A DNA stretch of 63,484 nt, filler included, from Dicyema japonicum (Eukaryota > Animalia > Dicyemida), in NCBI GenBank assembly GCA_011109175.1. It is 7 parts of 7 records of this genome, joined end to end, with 100 filler letters (N's around TTAATTAATTAA, not from the genome) between each part and the next. Parts side by side here need not be neighbours in the genome. Positions count along the whole stretch, not along the records: positions 1 to 30,880 come from RDEW01000009.1; 6 more parts are not named here. The stretch is one strand, 5' to 3'. The notes under the pieces are model-generated. The model was not told the origin of the DNA and did no database searches. It saw only the letters and a list, made by a program, of their open reading frames with translations. Both the position numbers and the translations under genes were made by a program. Shown one piece after another: positions 12,005-25,749 of this stretch; the stretch's first letter is position 1; each line of letters opens with the position of its first letter.

Positions 12005-12443
12005 GAATAGAAGTCGTCTAGTTCGTCTCCATTGATTGATACTCTCACCGAAGTTGGTGCATACACATTAATAATGGAAATTATGGAATTGTTCCTTTCA
12101 CTGTATTTTAATTGTAAAACACATATTCTATCGCTCACCTCCACGTCTTGTGGATTCGATTGTTCAGTTCTTTTTGTATTGCAAATTCCATGCCGTAGTG
12201 TGGGCAATTCGAAGGGTGCAGAATCAGGCGGAAATCATTGTTGATTTCATCTAGTCCGCCTTTTTACTTTCGTTTCCTGTAAGCACGCCACGGTTACCTT
12301 GTACGATCCAAGATCCACGCATAAATTTCTTCTTTTAGTATCCGACTTTAATCCTCTTACATTGAACGAGCTAATAGTGAAAGATCCCGAAGAAAAGAAC
12401 GAAAAAGACATGTGTGCAATATAGCCACGTCACCAGCTCAACC
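12005..12443 (-). mobile_element. RTE 5' end with apurinic endonuclease N-terminus
   Basis: SFNVRGL, ACLQETK, SDRICVL, IINVYAPT, LDDFY; begins with motif GGTTGAGCTGGTGACGTG. Confidence 0.8.
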
Positions 12444-12859
12444 GATCTATTTAAATCCAAAGTTTATCTCAATTTTTCACGGAAATTACCAATTAAGACT
12501 ATTAATTAACCTAAATTCGTAAAAGTATTATTTATAACTGTAAAATTAGATATTTATTACATTTTAAAATGATCCCTCGATTCATTGAATCTGAAAAAGG
12601 TCAAAAAAATTAATTCTTAACGGATATACTTATTACAAAAACAACAAGAATAAAAATGTAGTATATTGGAAGTGCTTAGAGGAATAGCTCACAATATTTC
12701 TTTTTAAATATCCTGAATAAAATGATTTAATTGTTTTTTGACAAACATGACGATTTAGACGAATTGTTAATTAGACGAATTGTTTTAGATGAATTTTCTT
12801 TAGATGAATAGTTTTAGATGATTTTTCTTGCTACCATTGGGCTCAAATGTAATTTGACA

Positions 12860-13010
12860 ACCAAAACATAAGGAAAATGAAGATTCGAGTGGATACAACA
12901 ATAGCCTTGGACACGAAGGTACAAAATAATAAACCCGACATATTTGTGTTCGATAATATGAAGAATACAATAACTCCAATAGAAGTGGGAATCATATTCT
13001 AACAATCGCT
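12860..13010 (+). mobile_element. R4-like restriction-like endonuclease fragment
   Basis: KIRVDTTI...NNKPDIFVFD...IEVGI. Confidence 0.65.
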
Positions 13011-13439
13011 AAAGAAAGATGAAGTGGGAATTCCGAACAACGATGAGTAGAAGGCTAAGAGTAACCCCTATCAACATAAAAATGGATTTGTAGGAAACTA
13101 ATATTGATGTTGGAATGATCTACAAAGGCTATTGAAAGTGCTTGAAGTATGAATGAACAAATTGAAAAAAGAAAAAACTCAACCCATGACTCCCCAAACT
13201 ATCTACACGAACAGCCTAAAAGTGTGAGTGGGGTAGCTTCAGGAACGTTAATTGACTACAGTCCGACCTCGTTTCGAGGCACACCCCGGCGGTGGGGCAC
13301 CCCCGCTTTTTGGGGCATTTTTCATTTGGAGTCTATTTTCCAGCATTAATTTCCAAATTTGAGAATTTTCTGGGGCCCCAAACCGGGGCACCAGGAAGAG
13401 TTAACACTGAAGATGAGACTACTACAACATCAAAAAGAC

Positions 13440-14511
13440 ATAAATTATTTGATCACAAAGTATTTGAAATATTCCAGAAACTCAGAGAACATAATTTTCC
13501 AATATAACAATGACACCAAGAAAGTCATTTTTTAAAAGTGATGAACAACCATCTGGATACTAACAATCCAAAGAAAGAATTACAGTATTTCTATGTTGCA
13601 ATTATGTTGGTGAAAAACTTGAACCATTGATTATTGGGAAAAATAATAAACCTCGCTGTTTCAAAAATTTCGATGTTGATAATTTGTTGTTTTATATTCA
13701 GCTTCCAAAGTGCATGGATGACTGGGAACATTTTTAATAGCTGGTTATGCAAACTAAATGAGAAATTGGTTACTCAACAAAGAAAAATATTATTATTACT
13801 TGATGATGCAGGATGTCATAAATAACTATTGAATGTTCCAATATTGAATTCTTTTTTTTTGCCTAAAAATACGACACCCTATACACAGCCATTAGATATG
13901 GGGATCATAAAAATATTCAAAAACTATTACTCAATTTTTTAATCGAATTTTTGTCTTCAGGACATCGAAAGTTATCTAAAGATCGTCTTTAAAAACTAAA
14001 CCTTCGTCAGGTTGTAATGCTGGTTTCAAAAAGTTGGAATGAAGTAACAGAAATTTCAATCACAGATTGTTGGAAACAAATTGAAAAATCGTGATGTCTT
14101 AAATATTGATGATCGCCTAACTGATGAAATAATGACCGAAGCTTTAAATGAAATATTAACCGAGGCTGATGATGAAGAAACTATTGAATGCGACACTTTT
14201 ATCTATAATGGAGATATAACTGAAAACGAGGACGTGACTAAGAATCAAATTTTGGAAACTTTGAATACTCTGGAACAGAACATTTCCTGCATAACACTAA
14301 AGTCATTAAAAAATTCTACAAATTTCGATTGACAGTAATGAGAAACATCCGAAATGGTTACAAAATTGGAGAAAAAACAACCGATTACTTCGTTAAAGAG
14401 CGACTTGATAGATATTATTAATCATAAAATAAAATCTCTTACCTTTTTTTACATTTATATGGTTTAAAATAAAAGATTTTAGAATGGAAAAGTGTAACAG
14501 GGGTTACACTG
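13440..14511 (+). pseudogene. pogo/Tigger DDE_1 transposase remnant
   Basis: KERITV.LCCN..GEKL.PLIIGK, SAWMTG.IF..WL, ILLLLDDAGCH, QPLDMGII; ends in ...ACACTG|TA as expected for a CAG-starting TIR. Confidence 0.8.
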
Positions 14512-14535
14512 TATTATTGTTTCATTATTATCACA

Positions 14536-14746
14536 TGGTTTGACGAGTGACGCCGTCATCAGTGAATACTCACTGCGGAACTGGATTGTCTAGAAAGGAC
14601 ACTCACACAAGAAAAAGAAAAGAAGTGAAGATCATTCCTTGGTTCTACGATTAGTTAAAATTAACTGTTCTTTACTTAAATAAAGTGTGTGTCCTGCCTA
14701 TGCGGAGCTATAAAATACTATGGCTCTCGTGAAAAGGCTTTATATA
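14536..14746 (+). mobile_element. 5'-truncated copy of the tRNA-Leu/RTE SINE
   Basis: Near-identical to 1864-2075; 10-bp TSD TATTATCACA at 14526-14535 and 14747-14756. Confidence 0.9.
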
Positions 14747-15481
14747 TATTATCACATTAATAGTTTTTAATAATCTTACAATTTTTATAAAGTTATTGGC
14801 AACTATGTCACGTGTCACGTTGCGACAAAGTTAGTGCGGTGCTATGTGGCTACGTGAATTGAAGATTTTGTATTTGTTTTTCCTCTTCTCTTTTGTCTCT
14901 AGGAAGCTTGAATTGTTAGCGAACTTCATTGGTTCACCATCTCTGGTTGCGCCAGATATAATCTTAAATTAAATCCAAAAAAGACCATTAGTTAACAATT
15001 ATCCAGAGGAGTTCCCCTGGACGGCACTTCCTTCAATTCAGAGCATGCGAAGATTGCTGAGGGAGGCCAGGATAACCTAAATTTTTTCGTTGTCTCTGAC
15101 GGTGTATTTCTGGTTAAATAAAATTAATCTCCTTTTTAAAATGGACTGTGAAAACTATGAAAATGGATTTAAAACTACACTCTTTATAAGTTTTGTTCTA
15201 ATCTCACAGTTGTACATTCCGCTGATACCCTAGGTTTGACGCTATTGAATACTTCACCGAAAAACTGATCTTCTACAAGACTCATAATAATACTGTTCTT
15301 TAAGAGGAGTCATATCGCTCATCCCAGACAGGATACACACTTTATTTTTAAGCAAAGACCAGTAGTATTAAATATTCGAAGAGGAACCAAGGAAGCAGAA
15401 GTCCTTTATAGACAATCCTGTTCGGCAATGAGACTGATGAATATTGTGAAAGTATAAACTAATTTAAAAGTATAGGAAAAT

Positions 15482-17721
15482 AAATTATAATTTATTGAAC
15501 AACCTTTTATAATGAATATTAAAGAACATGCAAGTACTCATATTCAAAGTAAGGATTAATTGCTGTTTAATTTTAATTAAACAAAAACCAATAGTCAGAA
15601 TTAAATATTTAAACTTGATTGCATGTATTAATTTAATTTCTTTCGTTTTGAGCCATTCCTTGTCTCTCTAACTGCAATCTTTTGGTCACCATCACCAATA
15701 TGATCTTCACTCCAGCATTGTTGTTCTATGGGCACGATTCCGTCATCCTCTGCTTGTCGTAGAGACTTTCGTTGTAGGAAGTGAATGACTTCACTCTCTT
15801 GAAACTTCATCCCATGTCGCTGCTCCACTAACATGCTTTCAAGAGTTTTGTTTAACACAATAGATTTAATCTCGGAATTATATCCACATCCAAAACATCC
15901 ATATATAACTTGTAGAACTTACAATTCCCTCCCAAGTCAAAACAATAGGAATAACTTTCGCATTGTAAATTTGAGACAACTCTCCAACGAGGAGGTTGGC
16001 CGTCATATCAAGTTTTTCTACTTCAACCACCTTCAGCAATTCCTGAGAAGTGATTCCAACCTCTACTAAAGTAATCTCACTTGTCCTTTTATCAAACAAA
16101 TATGTCCGGCTTGTTATGTTGTACTTTGACATCCGTCAATTGCGTTGTATCGACTCTGATCTCAACATTCTCAGTTGTTACTATTGATTGGACTGCGTGA
16201 GTCTTCAGTTTCTTTGAATATGTGATTCCATATTTACGACACAGGTTAAAATGAATCATCTCACCACCTCATTGTGACGTCGTATGTAATCACTATTTAA
16301 CACCTTATTGCATCTCGTTGCCAAATGATCGACTGCTTTGTTTGGAAGATTTACAATGATTGCAATTCGATCCTTTTTCTTCAAAGAACAAATTTTGGTC
16401 TTGTAAAAGGCAATACAAGGCTTCGGCTCTTGGACTATTACTCCCTCGTAGCCATCCCGAAGATGATGCAATGTCAACAGTCGGGTCTTTTTTGAATAAC
16501 ATAGAATGAAGAGATTTACTGTTAATTTTCATCAATAACCATTCAATTTGAACTTGTTTAAGTTTCCGTACATCCATTGCAGAAAATTATCCCGCGATGT
16601 GTCCATATGTGTTTTCTTTAAATTGACAATCCGCAGAATTCAGCTTTCCTCAGACATACATTAGATTTTCTCCCAAATCATAGCGAAATTGAAACTACAT
16701 ACATCCACTTTTGAACACGATTGAAGTGAGTCCTCTCCCAAGTTTATCTCTTTATAAATAAAGCCTCTTTTTATTTGCAGGCTTTAAATGAAGTTTTATC
16801 TCATAAATAATACGTCGAACATCAACATCAAAATCCTCAAACTCATGTGGTTCAATGTTGATTTGTCCAATATAATAGTTGTAAAGTGACAGTGCGGATT
16901 CGTTATTGACTGCATCAAACTTTGTGCTTGCCAAACCTTTGATTCTTTTTCTAACTTCATCGGCAATCTTTTCTAAAATTTCCTGTTTTAGAGTGTTACT
17001 CCATTTATCCTCCAGCACTCCAAGGTATCGATAGTTTTCAGTTCCATCCAAATATTTTGCTTCCTTTGATAAACATTCAAAGTAGCCGACTTAATGTTTT
17101 TATTGAGTCCTGCTGATTCAAAAAATAATTCAATGTCGTGCATCATCTTAATAATCGTGGCCTCTTCCTGGGCAAATATTTTTAGATCATACATAAAAAG
17201 CAAATGGTTAGTGGCATAGGTAATCATCGATAGACTAGACTGGCTAATATGCATTGTTGAGTTTTAAATAGGAATTCATGACTGTCAAACGCTTTTTGGA
17301 CGTCTATCCATGCTGAATATAAAGAGTTGTCAAATTCTTGGTTAATACACTGATTTATTAGCACCCTGACACATTTTTCTTGTTCCTAGTTGTTTATCTG
17401 AGATTATTTGGAATGTGTCAACATAATCACTTAGTTTCTTATTGACACATTTTGTTATCAGTTTATACAAGTTCGGCATGCATGTAGTTGGTCGTAAATT
17501 TTTGATGCCTCACAATATTCCTTTTTGGTAAACGATATGTTATCCCAGTATGATCAATCCCCTGAAATACATTTTTCATTAACAACATCGACAATCACCT
17601 TATGAAAATACTCATGCAATGCATCAAAAATTATAATTTATTGAACAACCTGTTATAGTGAATATTAAAGAACATGTAAGTACTCTTATATTCAAAGTAA
17701 GGATTAACTGCTGTTTAATTT
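15482..17721. repeat. About 92-bp direct repeat (15482-15573 and 17628-17721) flanking the R4-like element; probable long TSD
   Basis: Direct alignment shows a few substitutions and one 2-nt indel. Confidence 0.75.
15574..17627 (-). mobile_element. 5'-truncated R4/Dong-like element (RT, CCHC, REL), decayed
   Basis: TNHLLFMYDLK, YRYLG, KRLYL, VDHLATRC..RHNEVVR, LFDKRTSEITLVEVGIT; flanked by a ~92-bp direct repeat. Confidence 0.88.
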
Positions 17722-17756
17722 ATACCTTTAAATATAATTTAAACGTATATTTCGTA

Positions 17757-18467
17757 ATGAGTTCTGAAGATTTAATTAAAATGGAAATTAAAAAGTAGTT
17801 TTATATATAAATTAGTCATTTTTTATTCAAAGTTATTAATAAAATTTATGAAAAACTAAATTTAATAACAAGGGGGACTTTAGTGATGGATGATATCTCA
17901 GAAATTCAAATTTGTATGTTAGAAAGCTTTAAAAACAAAAAAGAAGGGAGTAAGGAAGTGGAAGAAGTGGTATTTATGAATATGTAATGGGTAGATAAAG
18001 TGTGCGATCGAATCACTGTGGAGTCAATTGTTGGAGTTTAAACTGATGAATGATTATATTAATAAGTTTAAAGACACGTATTCTAATTACTACAAATACG
18101 AATTAAAATCAAATATAGAAAAGATTAAAAGTATTAATAAATAATAAATATTAGTGCAAATATTAAAAAATGAAACATTTAAAGTATTTTTTTTAATTTA
18201 ATTAGGATTCAGAAATTACAGACAAATTAGAAAAAAGATGTTTATCAATCAAATCAACAAATATATTACGAAAATGGTTATATGAGAATGCTATGGTTTG
18301 TTTCACACTTATAACAGAACCCTTATCCAACTGAACAAGAAAAGGCTGAAATGGTTTACAAAACAAATCTAACACACGTGCAAATCAATAACTGGTTCAT
18401 CAATGCTCGTCGAAGGTCTCTCCCTCAAAATTACCAGAGAAAGTATAAACGAAAGGAATTTTATTGA
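17757..18467 (+). CDS. Meis/Pknox-class TALE homeobox protein; 5 introns of about 21-25 nt
   Basis: Spliced frame is open: [17 protein letters not shown] (MEIS box A-like), [15 protein letters not shown] (box B-like), [14 protein letters not shown]|NPYPTEQEK...[12 protein letters not shown]. Confidence 0.88.
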
Positions 18468-18529
18468 TAATTACCTTCACTAGGCATCCTAATTTTATTT
18501 CATCTCACATTAAAAAATTCTCTTAACTT

Positions 18530-19470
18530 CTGTCTCTCTTTTTAGTTAAGTACTGACTTTGATGGTTTTCACTGTAGGTTTTGGGAGAGGCAAGGATGAT
18601 TTAGATTCGCACAACCGCCCTCAGAGTACTGGCAATCCTTGTTTAACCTCTGGGAAGGTCAAAACGTTAATGTATGATAATAAAACCCACAGATAATTGT
18701 GACTCGAGCGACAGGATTAACCACTATGCCATCTTATCGTAAGGGAAGTCAAGGATTTTTGATTCCCAGTGATCAATAAGGGGTGATTTGAGACATCCAG
18801 TAATTGTTGTGAGTGAGTTGTTTTGGATATTTTTTTGTCTATAGAATTGAGGTTAACCAACAAAGACATATATATTGTGGTTAGAATTAATTGTTGTGAT
18901 GGATAGGCCTTATTTGCTTTCACCTATTTAATAGCCTAACACAGCTTTCAGTATGCTGATTTTGCGAGAGGTTTTTGTGCATTTTTTTAATACGTGCTTC
19001 AAGGAAGTTATTTAAACTCAAAGTATATATGGGATATTTAGTGACAGGAAGTGTTTCTCCAAGAATAATTATAATGAGGTGAAAATTTACGATGGTTGGA
19101 TGTGAATAGAGTAACGTAGATTTCAACGGAGAAAGATGATTTACACAAACCAAATTTCAAGAGATTTCAAGTGGTATTGGACATTATTTTGTTGATTCCA
19201 CTCTCTTTGGATCCGATAATAAGGTCATCCGCATATGATGAAATCAGTGTCTTAGACGGAAGATCCCTTATAAATTGAACAAATCATAGGACCAGACGTA
19301 ACCTTGGGGTACTCCGTTTAAAAGGAATCGGGCCTTATTTTGGACCTACCAAGTCTGCCAGAAAGGAAATTTGTTAGCCAATTCTGAAGACGAGAAGGAA
19401 TTTGAGACGAAAGAATTTTTAGTAATAACCTCATGTGCCGTTAAGTAAATGACCTAGTCAGTTCAATTGA
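18530..19470 (-). mobile_element. APE-type LINE RT to 3' end, decayed
   Basis: NGVPQG, SSYADDLIIGS; ends in an acttaactaa tail like other copies. Confidence 0.7.
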
Positions 19471-20713
19471 TGGAATTATAGTACGTTGGAAAGGATTGTA
19501 GTTGTATACTTAGTAAGGGTAGAGTGATGTGTAGATGTTTAGTATTGAGGGTGAAAACCATGTTGAGAATTCTAAAAAGGATGATAATCGTATTTTAATT
19601 TGAGTACAACACATTCAACAATTTACGTAGATATTATGGAAATAGGTTGGGTTTCAAGATCAGGATTATCTTTTATTTTTAAGCTCCTCACCCATGCTCA
19701 AGATAACCACACACTTATTTGTGTTAACTTCAATCAACATAATTCTCATAAATCATTGAAAGGAAATTCTCCTCAGCTTCAGATGATAGCTAACCATATG
19801 GACCCTCTACTACACGTCCACCTTTGAATCTCACGACTATCTGTAATAGACACGATGAAAATATTGAATAACTGATCAACAAGCAATTTTTCCAGAAAGC
19901 CAGCAGATACGTTTCTTCCCCAATGTAGTTAAACTTTCATAAAATAGTAATTTGCGACCAAAATCGGAAATATTTCCAAATGGAGCATCACGAATATCGG
20001 AAAAAGAAACTTCGTCTAGAAAGTGTCGGGACAGACAGGTGTCAAAGATCATCAGGCATAGGAGAATGCTTATCCTCATAAGAGAAACTGTCTCATCCAC
20101 GAACAGACAATAGAGTTACTTTTTAAGACACAACTAATCATGATTAAAGATAGGTGACGTAAGAATATTACTTTAATAATCCATGAGTAATTGGAACACT
20201 TTAAAGATAGTAAGGGCAGCTAATTGATTATACGTCTTTTATAAGCAACAAATTAAAACAAAAAGCAACAAATCAGACTCCAACTGCCTGAAGACAGTGG
20301 GCATTACCACGGATGATGGTAATTCCTGTCCAAACCATTATTTGTTGACGTTAAGGTCAAATGAATAGCATGCTTTTAATCAAAATGATAGTCAATTTTA
20401 ATAGTTCATAATAAACGGTTTGGGTTGTCTTTATGTTTTTAAGCATAAATGTAATGTTATTCCTTCACCTCCCTTATCAAATATATTTTGTAAACCTTAC
20501 TGATATTTAATAGGCTTGTTTTACCTATAATTGATTTACAATCATTAATATTTTTAAACGAATGCACGAGACAGGAATTAAGAATATCTCCTGGAAATTC
20601 CCATAATAGTAAAGTCCAGTTTTATATGTTCTCGTGGATTGCCTCTTCCGTGAAAATGCGTTAATATATTAAATTACTGGCGTGAAATATATAACTCTAA
20701 ATTTCGTTGACAC

Positions 20714-22338
20714 ATGATGATGTTAATTTCTCTCTTTGTAATATGTATGTGTATTATAAACAATCTAGATAATCTGGTTGAGGATATCACAGTATTCCCA
20801 GAACACATTGTAACGGAACGGAGTCATATTTCATCAATTTGTCAAGGACATAAAACCGACGTTAGTGTAAATTGGCTAAAAAACAACAAATATATAAAAC
20901 CAAAGTAATAAATTGGTTAATAAATAGTGATAAATATTATAAACTGCGTAAATTATCTCCAATAAATATTATAATTACTATTGAAGTAAATCAGGAAACT
21001 GTTGGGGAATATAAGTGCATATCAGACATAAGTCAGCAAGTTGCTACTTTCAAATTAGATACTTATTGTATATACGATTTTAATTATTTTTAATTCAATT
21101 TTATATTATTTTAGTCTCTTTGATTCAATTTAAGGAATGTCACCCACACAAGTTAACGAAAATGATGACGCATTTCTCCACTGCTACCCGAATTCCAATA
21201 AAATACATTTTTCCATATTCTGGAGCAAGGATGGTCATACATTAGAAGGTATTATAATATTCTAATATTAGAAACTGAGAAATTTAGGATAGATCCAAAC
21301 GGACTTCGGATATTGAATTCGAAATTGAACGACACTGGAATTTACACATTAGTTGTGGTGGAGGATGGAAAGTATGCACAAAAAAAATGTTAAGTTGACC
21401 GTAATTGGTATTTTTAGTAAATATTTTATAGTAAATCCGATTATCCACTTTCAGTCCCGTTCATTTAGAATTGGAACTAATCCTGATATATCATGCAAAG
21501 TAAATTCGAATAAAATATTCGATATGTATATATTAAACTCTCACTATGAAAAACAAGTATTTTTTTATTAAAATTGTAGAGACAAACAATTAGCAGTAAT
21601 AAATATGGACTGTTAACCATCAAACAATCTACTATTAATCTATACAACCCTGAGCCTTATATTTATTATAATTACACGTGTGTTGTTACTGGAGATCAAA
21701 TTTACTTAACAAAACGAGCTTCTTTTAATTTTATAAGTACAAATTAACTACATTTAGATCCCCCGAAAAGATAAACTTTAATGTTTATGGAACTAACTTA
21801 AGCTGGGTAGTCCCTGACAGAAATATTTCTCAGATAATTCATTACATCGTACAGATTGCTTCGAGTCAACATTCTTCTGTTATGAATTTAACATTGGATG
21901 CAAAAACTCACTGTGTCGACATAAATACTAAAGTAAGGATTCCGGGGACCTACATCATTACAGCATGGGCAGTTAACCAAGTCGGGTATTCTTTACCGTC
22001 CACGATATCCATGGATATCAGTGGTTAGTGCATGCGGATGATGATATAGATTATAGTAATTCCACTGTTAAAAATAATGACAGAATTTACAAAATTTTAG
22101 GATTTGTTGGGATTGGTGTTTTCATAATCATTCTGATCATATTTGTTTCCATCAAGAAAACAAAGTCAAGACAATATAATGGACCTCAAAATTACGGTGA
22201 GTGTAATTTTGTTATTTTTAGAGGGATTATATGCATGGAGTCGACCTTAATGATTATTTTAGATAATTCTCTTTGTTTTTTATTAACCATACTTATATGA
22301 CATTGCCTTCATGTGTTTCAGAGAATTATCAAATATGA
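20714..22338 (+). CDS. Ig-superfamily single-pass receptor (3 Ig, FN3, TM, short Tyr-containing tail) with micro-introns and apparent homopolymer frameshifts
   Basis: Spliced motifs ICQG..VNWLKN..GEYKC; LHCYP..IFWSKDG..DTGIYT; ISCKV..NYTCV; PEKINF..LSW..YIITAWAVNQVG; TM ILGFVGIGVFIIILIIFVSI. Three to four 1-nt indels at homopolymers must be assumed, and the C-terminus is tentative. Confidence 0.72.
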
Positions 22339-22349
22339 TATCTCAATGT

Positions 22350-23990
22350 CGTCAATAATAAATTAATTTACCCCCAGTACCTTTAAGTGAAGAAATTCGG
22401 TGGAAAGTCACAACCAAAGCTGACGTTCCTGGAAATCTATCAGGTGTATTTGATATGGTGCTGAACTCGAATGTGGATCCTAACAAGAGAAGAGGTGCCC
22501 CATATTCTGTTCGTCTAAAAGGCAGAAAGGTCAAAGTGAAAGGTGACTGTCCAATTCTGCACAAATAAGAACGTAAAAACATATAATGACCACAACGGAG
22601 GATCCCATAGTGGACTCGAACTTTAAACAGTATCAAATATGTCCCAGAAGTTTGTTAATACTAAGGCTTCTGGTGAGATTAGTAGAAAACTTGTAATGGA
22701 TCGTTTTAAGGCGTGAGTTGGTTCATTCTCTGGAATAGTTAGAAGAATATGAAGTTTGTCGCCGAGGGTAGGTATGATTCTCATTTTGTAGAACCAAAGG
22801 AAGTAAGCTGAATGTCTTAGCGTTTTAAAGTTGTAAAGGAATTGTAGCATGAGTACCTAATTGGTAGAATTTTTAATTCCCAGTGTAGATGGTGAGTAGG
22901 TGTAGTTTTTAGTCAGTCTGTAATTATTATAACATTTATTTATAACAATAAAATCGTTCTAAAGTCCAGCGGATATGATCGAGTGGCTGTTACCTCTTTT
23001 TGTTACCTCTGACTGTAATTATTATAACGAATTCTGAGTGTATTTTCGAATTTTGTTATTAACATGGAGCACAGAAAAGAACAGCATAGTTCATCGTTGT
23101 TCTGATAAATTGTCTTTAGATAATCGATAAACTCTCTTTGCTCTGGCCGAGTGACGTACTTGCCACGGTCCAGAGTAAATTAAGTTTTTTTCTGATATAC
23201 AGGTGTTTTTTGAGAATTTTGAGAATGAAGTATCAAATATCACACAAAGTTAGGATTTTTAATAACATGATCCTTGTCTAGAAATAAATTTGGTTCCAAA
23301 TTGAATTGACGATCAGTAGTAAAAAGCGTTTTAGATGATTTTTTAGATAGAAGAGATGAGATGATTTTGTTCCAACCAAAAGGAATTTTTGACAATATGT
23401 TATTTAAGGATCACAAAAGTGGCGGTTACATCAATGTGACGTATGACAGTAATATCCTCTGCATAAGGAAGAAGTGTCTTCTGATTGTCGGTAAGCTTGC
23501 AAGATGAAAACTAATCAAGGCCAAAGATAGGACAGAAAAAGTATTGATAATGAGAGTAGGTTGACATAATTAAGGAACGTCCAAGACGACCAGAGAGGAA
23601 ATTAGTAACCATATTTTCAAAAGGATATTTGTAGAATCTTCCAAAGAAGATGTAGTTGTCAAAAGCTTGTTGATATCAATAGATGCACCAATTATTATTT
23701 TCGAATATGAAAGCCACTATTCGAAATGAAACCAAGATAAATGTATATTTTCAACAGCAATCGTATAATTTATGAAGGACATAACACCGGTTTCAAAAAA
23801 TGGATGTACAAGAAAATTACTAAGTAAAGGTTGTGTTTATTCCTTTTTCCACGTTTATAGTAAATGCCTTCTTACTCTTCAGTTCATGGACTGTTGGTTT
23901 ATCATGTTATGTGGGAAATCATAGAGAGGAATAGATAACAAAATTAGATATCAGGGGAGGTATTCGAATATGAAAATCGTCAGATATTAA
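22350..23990 (-). mobile_element. Decayed APE-type LINE
   Basis: SIDINKAFD, PYAEDI and a degenerate C-terminal zinc-knuckle region (LRCGHYMFLRSYLCRIGQSP). Confidence 0.6.
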
Positions 23991-24079
23991 AGATTAAAAT
24001 TAGAAGAATCAACAATAGAAACGCAAACAAGATTAATAAATCACCCCTAACTGAGCTGGAAGAGTAATACAGTCAGACC

Positions 24080-25500
24080 TCTTTTGGAGGAAATCCCTCA
24101 TAGTAAGGTTAACGGAGTAGTGTTAACCTGTATCAATAAGGGTGTGGCTTATGCGATGGAGGCTAAGCCAGTAGGGTCACTGGGTGACATCTCCCTAGTG
24201 CTGTATGCAGCGAAGATCACCTATGAGGAGTTGACGGACAAGCAAAGACCACCCAGTAAATGGAGGGAGCAGATCTGTGCCAAGATTGCTTGGAGACAGA
24301 CAGAGCTGGAAGCACTGAAGGAGCACATAAGTAGTGTGGCGAGAGGGGTTAAAAAAATCACCACCTATAGTAAAGGGGTAATTAGTAAACTCCGTGTTCC
24401 CAAATGGGGTCTCAAAGAGTTGAGGAGGGCAAAGGTGGAGTTAGAGGGGGCAATAATGGTGTATAAGAGGAAACTCTATACACATGAAAGTCGGTGTAAG
24501 AGAAGGAGAGAATATAATCTGTTTGAGTTTAATCGCAGATTGTTTTACCGTCGCCTACACGAAAATGGCCATAGTGCATGTTCCCAGAGGACGCGGAAAT
24601 GTTTTCCACATGGGGTTGTATGTGGGAGGCTAAACGACACAGAGGAAATGCGTGGAATGTCCTACTTGGCTCTTGGCGGAATTTGCGGAATTTTCGATTT
24701 CGCAAGAAATTTGAGGCTGTAATGAGACGTCTCCCTGATTTAAAAACGACAGGGGTAGAAAGATTTTATAATTTCTTTATCAAAAGATGCACTTTATTGG
24801 ACGAGTATATGTGTCATGTATTACAGAAAAGCATCTCTAACCCGGAAATGATTCCTGATTGGGCCTGCATCTGGACAACCCAGTCTGCTGCTGATTATCG
24901 ACCGATAACCTGCATGCCAACCCTGTATAAGCTGATGACCAAATTGGTGGCTAATGAGGTCAGGAGCTTTGTAGAAGCAAATGGATTCTCTCCCAGAATC
25001 AGTTGGGTACTGTGCGAAATTGTCATGGGGCAAAAGAGCAGGCTTTGATCAACAAGTGCCTTTCTGTGTCTCACGGAAACTCACTTTTGTCTATGTAAGT
25101 GGATGTGAAGAAGGCTTACGATTCAGTTATCATTCTTACCTTGTCGAGTGCCTACACAGACTGTGATGCCTGTGTGGTTTATCTGCTTTGTAGTGGCTGT
25201 GATGAATAGGTGGAGTATTCATCTGAACTATAATAGGCATCGGATAGGCGAGGTAAAACTCAAGAGGGGGATCCTTCAGGATAGCATGTCTCTGCTCTTT
25301 GTTCTCTGTTTGGAGCCATTGAGTCGCCGCCTCAATGACCGGTTTGAGCAAATACCAGTTCATTGTGAGGGGTTTGTTTCAGTACAAATCACCTTCTCTT
25401 TATCGATGACCTGAAGATGTATGCTCGAACAGCAGAGGAGCTCTACTCCATGGGGGTCTGTGCCAGGGAATTCTACTCCATACGAGGAGCTCTACTCCAT
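24080..25500 (+). mobile_element. Second copy of the R4-like element at 5950-8500
   Basis: Highly similar in sequence and translation (SKVNGVVLT..., ADYRPITCMPTLYK, MYARTAEELYSMG). Confidence 0.9.
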
Positions 25501-25749
25501 ACGTTCACTGGTAAACGCATCAAAAAATTCCACTCTTTCCCCCTACCGGATTTCTACAAAGTCGAGATGGAGTTCAATGAGCGGATGATCAGGGGCTGCT
25601 AGATCAAGTCTCAGGATATGTAAACATAGACACCAGCATGCATCTGTGGTTCACCTGTCGATCGATTGTCATATAAACATGCTGCTTTGTACAAAGTATC
25701 GACCGCAAAACTAACCCAAAAAGATTCTGGCGGACGATAAAGGATGATA

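Noticed and set aside
14800-15470. Possible spliced host gene; similar unresolved regions at about 19900-20620 (-), 56250-56830 and 61000-61990 (-)
   Set aside because: No recognisable motifs after trying alternative splice frames. The CxxC..HxxC at about 56480 is only weakly PHD-like.
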